Source: a virus
Taxonomy: Duplodnaviria > Caudoviricetes
IMG/VR virus record: IMGVR_UViG_3300020044_004639
Span: 1 to 29,634 of that record
Length of the DNA stretch: 29,634 nucleotides
Reading direction: 5' to 3' (one strand)
Shown here: in pieces, positions 24,716-29,634 of the stretch
Position numbering within the stretch: the stretch's first letter is position 1
Layout of the letters: each line of letters begins with the position of its first letter
Translations under genes and position numbers: made by a program
Notes under the pieces: model-generated
Databases searched by the model: none
The model's input: only the letters and a program-made list of their open reading frames with translations
What the model was told of the DNA's origin: nothing

Positions 24716-25090
24716 ATGAAACAAAAGCGTTCTACAATAGTAAAAAATTTAGATACTGTATTTAGTCAATACATACGTTTGCGTTATGCAAAAAATGAAA
24801 TAGCTGAATGCGTAACCTGTGGTAAAAAAGACCATTGGAAAAAATTACAATGTGGACACTTTCAATCACGTAGGCATTACTCAACACGTTGGGATGAAAA
24901 TAACGTTGGAGTTCAGTGTTACGGATGTAATATTACAAATCAAGGTCAACAGTTTTTATTTGCTAAATATTTAGGTTTAGATAAAGCTGAAGAAATGGTT
25001 TTAAAATCAAAGCAGGTTGTTAAATTTTCTGACAGCGATTTGCAAGATATGATTACTTACTACAAAAATAAATTAAAAGAATTTTCTTGA
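24716..25090 (+). CDS. ninG: NinG/Rap-like recombination endonuclease
   Basis: LDTVFSQYIRLR, CVTCG, QCGHFQSR, TRWDENNVGVQCYGCN. Confidence 0.85.
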   Translation: MKQKRSTIVKNLDTVFSQYIRLRYAKNEIAECVTCGKKDHWKKLQCGHFQSRRHYSTRWDENNVGVQCYGCNITNQGQQFLFAKYLGLDKAEEMVLKSKQVVKFSDSDLQDMITYYKNKLKEFS

Positions 25091-25120
25091 TATTTCTAAT
25101 TGTTTCTAATTGTTTGAATT

Positions 25121-25148
25121 GGGTAGTTTAACGACTACCCTTTTTTTT
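25121..25148 (+). terminator. Rho-independent terminator
   Basis: GGGTAGTT-TAAC-GACTACCC plus T8. Confidence 0.85.
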
Positions 25149-25154
25149 GCTAAA

Positions 25155-25251
25155 AGTTAAATATTTGTTAAAAAATGAAAAAATAGTTTGTAATTAAAAA
25201 AAACATTATAAATTTGCTTTATCAAACAATAACAAATAAAAAAATTAAATT
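25155..25251 (+). promoter_or_regulatory. Bacteroidota-type promoter with tandem GTTAAA boxes
   Basis: AGTTAAA 25155, TGTTAAA 25166; TTTG 25187-25190, 18-nt spacer, TAAATTTG 25209-25216. Confidence 0.75.
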
Positions 25252-25503
25252 ATGGTAACATTAAACAAAAACAAAGAAAAAAAAGTAATTTTAATGCAAG
25301 ACCTTAAAGATGGTCAAATTGCAGTAGTACTTAAAAATGATGGATTCTTACGTTATGAAGGCAAAATAGTGCAAAGATATGGAGATTGTGCAGTTTCTAT
25401 TGGTGAAAAATCAGGTGAAGGTTGGTCAGATATTCAAGAAAATACTTTAAAAGTAAGAATATTAAAACAAGGAGAAATATTAACTATATCTGATAATAAA
25501 TAA
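25252..25503 (+). CDS. Hypothetical protein
   Basis: 83 aa, first gene after promoter. Confidence 0.7.
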   Translation: MVTLNKNKEKKVILMQDLKDGQIAVVLKNDGFLRYEGKIVQRYGDCAVSIGEKSGEGWSDIQENTLKVRILKQGEILTISDNK

Positions 25504-25505
25504 AA

Positions 25506-25676
25506 ATGAAAGATTTAATAGACTACCAAAGATTCCAAGTTGAAGCATTACAAAAACGTATTTGCGAACTTGAAACAAAATTAAACGAAGTTAAAACACA
25601 CATATTTGAATTATGTGATGAAGAATGTCCTGAAGAATACAAAACAATTATTAAACAAAAAACTTATGAATTATGA
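25506..25676 (+). CDS. Hypothetical coiled-coil protein (56 aa)
   Basis: MKDLIDYQRFQVEALQKRICELE... Confidence 0.65.
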   Translation: MKDLIDYQRFQVEALQKRICELETKLNEVKTHIFELCDEECPEEYKTIIKQKTYEL

Positions 25677-25843
25677 AAAAAATTTTAAAGCTATTAAAAA
25701 AATTTAATGAAAATTCTGAATTTGGATTACATAGTATTTGTATTTTTTCAGACAAAAGCGGAAGAATATTTGATTATGCTATGAATGAAATATATTCTTT
25801 TCATAATTTAAAACAATTAAAAAAACACTTAAAAAACAATTAA
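25673..25843 (+). CDS. Hypothetical protein (56 aa)
   Basis: ATGA overlap; ends 1 nt before the ERF gene. Confidence 0.55.
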   Translation: MKKILKLLKKFNENSEFGLHSICIFSDKSGRIFDYAMNEIYSFHNLKQLKKHLKNN

Positions 25844-25844
25844 A

Positions 25845-26420
25845 ATGAAAGATTTAACATTACACGAAAAATTAAGCAAAATTCAAGTAGAATTTAAAGC
25901 TGCAAAATCAAAATTCAACTCTTTTGGAAAATATAACTTCCGTTCAGCTGAAGATATTCTTGAAGCATTAAAACCATTTAACGAAAAATATGGTGTATCT
26001 TTTACGGTTAATGAAAGAATTATTCTTAATAACGCAGATGTTCCTTTGTTAGAATCAACTGCAACTATTCAAGATAATAACGGAATCAATGAAATTAGCG
26101 CTACTGCAATAGTAGGAGTAGACTTACAACAAAAAGGAATGCAAGTTCCTCAACAATTTGGTTCTGCATCTTCTTATGGTAAAAAATACGCATTAGGTAA
26201 TTTACTTTTAATTGATGACACTCAAGACCCTGATGCAACTAATACACACGGAAAACCTGTTGCAACTACAACTGAAGTTGAGCAAAAATGGTTAAACATA
26301 GGGCAGCCTGAATTTACAAAAGCTATTGAGTATTTAAAAGGCGGTGGAAGTATTGATGTTATAGAAAAAAAGTATAAGTTAGCCAAAAAAGTAAAAGACG
26401 AACTTTTAAAAGTAAAGTAA
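25845..26420 (+). CDS. ERF-family ssDNA annealing protein
   Basis: FNSFGKYNFRSAEDILEALKP and QQFGSASSYGKKYALGNLLLIDDTQDPD. Confidence 0.9.
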   Translation: MKDLTLHEKLSKIQVEFKAAKSKFNSFGKYNFRSAEDILEALKPFNEKYGVSFTVNERIILNNADVPLLESTATIQDNNGINEISATAIVGVDLQQKGMQVPQQFGSASSYGKKYALGNLLLIDDTQDPDATNTHGKPVATTTEVEQKWLNIGQPEFTKAIEYLKGGGSIDVIEKKYKLAKKVKDELLKVK

Positions 26421-26421
26421 T

Positions 26422-26676
26422 ATGAAAAATTATGATTTTAAACAAGCTAAAAATTTAATTAAATTAGCTAAAAAAGATGGTTTAGTTGAAGCTACTTTAG
26501 GTATGGCAGAAGATTGGAATTGGACTGCTAATACTGTTTGGGAAAAAGGTAAATATGTAAAAAAATTAAATAAAGAAACTTTAATAGGTGGAATAAAAAG
26601 TAGTAATTGGGCAACACCTGTTCTTGAATTGGAATTTAAAAACGGAACTATAATGAAACTTAATTGTTTTAAATAA
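26422..26676 (+). CDS. Hypothetical protein
   Basis: 84 aa; GMAEDWNWTA...SSNWATP. Confidence 0.7.
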   Translation: MKNYDFKQAKNLIKLAKKDGLVEATLGMAEDWNWTANTVWEKGKYVKKLNKETLIGGIKSSNWATPVLELEFKNGTIMKLNCFK

Positions 26677-26744
26677 AAATATTATAATAAAAACTGAATA
26701 GCCGACAACAGAAAAAAAAGGTAGGCAAAGTAAATTTAAATATT

Positions 26745-27050
26745 ATGAGTTCAATTATCAATTTGAGCATTAGAGTTGACAAACTACCTAAAGAAAAGTT
26801 TGTAATGGGTAAAGACGGAGCAGTTTATTATAACTGTACGTTAAACATTAACGATGAAGCTAATCAGTGGGGACAAAATGTTTCGTTAACTGATTCACAA
26901 ACAAAAGAAGAACGTGATGCTAAAAAAGCTAAAAACTATTTAGGGAACGGAAATGTAGTTTGGACTGACGGAAACATTAAAGCAGTTAAGAAAGAAGGAC
27001 AACCTGCAACACAACAAGCTGCAGCTGTAGAGGTAGATTTACCATTTTAA
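26745..27050 (+). CDS. Probable single-stranded DNA-binding protein
   Basis: OB-like beta pattern, YLGNG, flexible tail ending EVDLPF; near ERF. Confidence 0.7.
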   Translation: MSSIINLSIRVDKLPKEKFVMGKDGAVYYNCTLNINDEANQWGQNVSLTDSQTKEERDAKKAKNYLGNGNVVWTDGNIKAVKKEGQPATQQAAAVEVDLPF

Positions 27051-27057
27051 ATTAATT

Positions 27058-27083
27058 AGGGAGTTTAACCGCTCCCTTTTTTT
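27058..27083 (+). terminator. Rho-independent terminator
   Basis: AGGGAGT-TTAACC-GCTCCCT plus T run. Confidence 0.8.
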
Positions 27084-27092
27084 AAAACAATT

Positions 27093-27758
27093 ATGAAAGT
27101 AACAGATAAAATAACAATCACAAACGAGGATAATATGTTATTGATGGCACGTTATCCTGACAACTATTTTGATTTAGCTATTGTCGACCCGCCTTATGGA
27201 ATTGGCGAAAGTTCAAATGATAATAAAAGCCGTAGCAAATTAGGAAAATCTAAAAATTACGGTAATAAAAATTGGGATGATAATGCACCAAACCAAGATT
27301 ATTTTAATGAATTAAAAAGAGTTTCTAAACATCAAGTTATTTGGGGAGCAAATCATTTTATTGAAAATATCCCGAATGCAAATAGTAGTTGTTGGATTGT
27401 TTGGGATAAAGTAAATGGAGAAAATGATTTTGCTGATTGCGAACTTGCTTACTGTAGCCAAAAAACAGCAGTTAGAAAAATAGAGTTTAGATGGCACGGA
27501 ATGCTTCAGGGAAATATGAAAGAAAAAGAAATTAGAATCCATCCAACTCAAAAGCCTGTAGCATTATACAAAGCTGTTTTAGATAAATACGCAAAAGAAG
27601 GAGATAAAATACTTGACACACATTTAGGTTCAGGTTCAATAGCAATAGCTTGTCACGATTACGGATTTGAATTGACTGCTTGTGAATTAGATAAAGAGTA
27701 TTACGATAAAGCAATACAAAGAATAGTAAACCATACCAATCAAACTAAACTATTTTAA
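27093..27758 (+). CDS. N6-adenine/N4-cytosine DNA methyltransferase (beta class)
   Basis: DPPY precedes HPTQKP and motif I LDTHLGSGS. Confidence 0.92.
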   Translation: MKVTDKITITNEDNMLLMARYPDNYFDLAIVDPPYGIGESSNDNKSRSKLGKSKNYGNKNWDDNAPNQDYFNELKRVSKHQVIWGANHFIENIPNANSSCWIVWDKVNGENDFADCELAYCSQKTAVRKIEFRWHGMLQGNMKEKEIRIHPTQKPVALYKAVLDKYAKEGDKILDTHLGSGSIAIACHDYGFELTACELDKEYYDKAIQRIVNHTNQTKLF

Positions 27759-28609
27759 TGACAGAACAAGAAACAATCAATAGAATGTTAATGGAAGTAC
27801 TTGAAGAAGACTGCTACATTGACCCTCGAAAAGAAATAGAATATCCAATACCTGCAATAAGTTGCGGTGAGAAAGAATACGAAACAAAAGATGGTTACAA
27901 GTCTTTTCCTATTCCAATAGGTACTTATGGTAACTTTAGTTTTATTCAAGCACCACCAAAGAGTAAAAAGACGTTCTTTATTTCGCTTTTAAGCGGAGTT
28001 TATATGAAAAATGAATTACAAGGTTTTGGTGGAAATTTAAGAGGTAATAGGCAAGATAAACACGTTATTCATTTTGATACTGAACAAGGTAACTTTCACG
28101 CTTCAATGGTTTTTAAAAGACCATTACAAATGACAGGTGATAAAGATGATAAATATCATACATACGCATTACGTCAATTAGGTTTTAAAGAAAGGGTATC
28201 TTTTATTGAATACATACTTTACGACAAATTAGAAGGTAAAGATATTGGTTTGGTTATTATTGATGGTATTGCTGATTTATGTGCTGATGTTAATAACATA
28301 GAGCAGGCAAGCGAAGTAGTACAACATTTAATGCGTTGGTCAAAAGAATTAAATTGTCATATTGTAACTGTTATTCACTCAAACTTTGGTACTGATAAAC
28401 CTACAGGGCATTTAGGTTCGTTTTTAGAAAAGAAAGCTGAAACACAAATACAATTAGAACTAAACACAGTAAACAAAGAACTTGTTAAAGTAAGTTGCAA
28501 AAGAAGTAGAAACGCAAGTTTTGAAGATTTTAACTTTAAAGTAAACAATTTTGGACTACCTCAAGTTGAAGGTGATTTATATGACATACTAAAAAACATT
28601 AATTGTTAA
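27758..28609 (+). CDS. RecA-like AAA_25 P-loop ATPase (putative replicative helicase)
   Basis: Walker A APPKSKKT, FDTEQG, Walker B VIIDGIAD, VIH, GHLGS. Confidence 0.8.
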   Translation: MTEQETINRMLMEVLEEDCYIDPRKEIEYPIPAISCGEKEYETKDGYKSFPIPIGTYGNFSFIQAPPKSKKTFFISLLSGVYMKNELQGFGGNLRGNRQDKHVIHFDTEQGNFHASMVFKRPLQMTGDKDDKYHTYALRQLGFKERVSFIEYILYDKLEGKDIGLVIIDGIADLCADVNNIEQASEVVQHLMRWSKELNCHIVTVIHSNFGTDKPTGHLGSFLEKKAETQIQLELNTVNKELVKVSCKRSRNASFEDFNFKVNNFGLPQVEGDLYDILKNINC

Positions 28610-28613
28610 AATT

Positions 28614-29273
28614 ATGAAAGTATTAAATTTGTATGCTTGTTTAGGTGGTAATCGATACAAGTGGGACGAAGTAGCAAAAGATGCAGGAATAGAAATTGAA
28701 GTAACAGCAGTTGAATTAGATGAAGAAGCTGCAAGATTATATCAAGAGCGTTTTCCAAATGATAAAGTAATAGTTGCCGATGCACACCAATACTTATTAG
28801 AAAATTACAAAGATTTTGATTTTATTTGGAGTTCACCGCCTTGCCCGAGTCATAGCAAAGCACGTTATTGGGGTTTTGGTAAAAATGGTTTACAACCTTG
28901 CTATCCTGATATGAAGCTTTATGAAGAAATAATATTTTTAAAATATCATTTTTTTGGCAAATGGGTAGTTGAAAATGTAAATCCTTATTACGAACCTATG
29001 TTTAACCCTATACAAAAAGATAGACATACATATTGGAGTAATTTTAAATTTCCAAATGTATTAAGTAATAGAAACGATACTGCATTAGTACAAGCTTCAA
29101 GAATACAAGATTTATGTGATTTTCACGACTATAATTTTAGAAAATACAAAGGCAAACAAAGGCTTTTAAAAATGGCTCGTAATTTAGTAGATTACGAAGC
29201 AGGAAGAACTATTTTTGAAACAGCTTTAGGAATAGTAAATAAAAAAGAAAACAAACAAATAGAATTATTTTAA
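28614..29273 (+). CDS. C5-cytosine DNA methyltransferase
   Basis: LNLYACLGG motif I, SPPCPSHS catalytic PC, VENV motif VI. Confidence 0.85.
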   Translation: MKVLNLYACLGGNRYKWDEVAKDAGIEIEVTAVELDEEAARLYQERFPNDKVIVADAHQYLLENYKDFDFIWSSPPCPSHSKARYWGFGKNGLQPCYPDMKLYEEIIFLKYHFFGKWVVENVNPYYEPMFNPIQKDRHTYWSNFKFPNVLSNRNDTALVQASRIQDLCDFHDYNFRKYKGKQRLLKMARNLVDYEAGRTIFETALGIVNKKENKQIELF

Positions 29274-29304
29274 AATGTTAATAACTTATTAATAAATTTG
29301 AACA

Positions 29305-29601
29305 ATGGAAAATTTAACTATTAAAAATCATTTGCAAGACTTACAAACTTCAACTGCAAGGATGTTAGTATATAATTCTGATAACCCTGAGTTGTTAGCT
29401 TACTTTAAAGATGTTACTTTTAAGTTACAAATTATTGAACAATTATTACAAGTTGATTCAGTTTTAGATTGGAACGCTATTGAAGAAGCATATAAATCAA
29501 TTCTAAGACAAGATACAGAACTAACTGATGTAGATATTAGAATAAGTTTAAAACCTGCAATAGAACAAAAGGTAGCAAAAATAACAGCCAAACTTTATTA
29601 A
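29305..29601 (+). CDS. Hypothetical protein
   Basis: 98-aa ORF preceded by TAAATTTG. Confidence 0.65.
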   Translation: MENLTIKNHLQDLQTSTARMLVYNSDNPELLAYFKDVTFKLQIIEQLLQVDSVLDWNAIEEAYKSILRQDTELTDVDIRISLKPAIEQKVAKITAKLY

Positions 29602-29634
29602 TTATGATTTTATACATTTTATTAGCATTAATAG

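Noticed and set aside
1-29634. Alternative genetic code, diversity-generating retroelement, integrase or CRISPR array
   Set aside because: Core genes are intact under code 11 with TAA, TGA and TAG stops; no reverse transcriptase, recombinase motif or repeat-spacer array seen

Overview
About 29.2 kb of this window (from ~415 onward) is a compact, AT-rich, almost entirely plus-strand tailed-phage genome, probably near complete. Host-type TAnnTTTG promoters and the absence of Shine-Dalgarno sites point to a Bacteroidota (Flavobacterium-like) host. It encodes a sigma-like factor, nucleases, terminase subunits, a frameshifting tail chaperone, tail proteins, tape measure, prohead protease, scaffold, capsid, HNH, tail tube, portal with a MuF-like extension, adaptor, fibre, holin/amidase/u-spanin, NinG, ERF, SSB, an AAA ATPase and two DNA methyltransferases. 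No integrase, polymerase, tRNA or CRISPR was seen. The first ~415 bp (thioredoxin) look like foreign DNA joined chimerically, and ~3841-4460 is an inverted block with broken ends. The most interesting signals are: (1) a candidate capsid cargo-loading system, in which a scaffold-mimicking leader plus a shared [KE]-[LM]-[AS] putative protease site marks a cargo protein; (2) a three-copy T-[VI]-D heptad motif, a possible fibre dock, in two virion proteins, one copy reachable only by a -1 shift; (3) a five-copy ACAA-N13-TWATTTTTAAA candidate late promoter; (4) four host-type promoters with GTTAAA boxes 11 bp apart; (5) a 58-bp nested palindrome and several pseudoknot-like RNAs. All product calls come from motif recognition by eye, without database searches.
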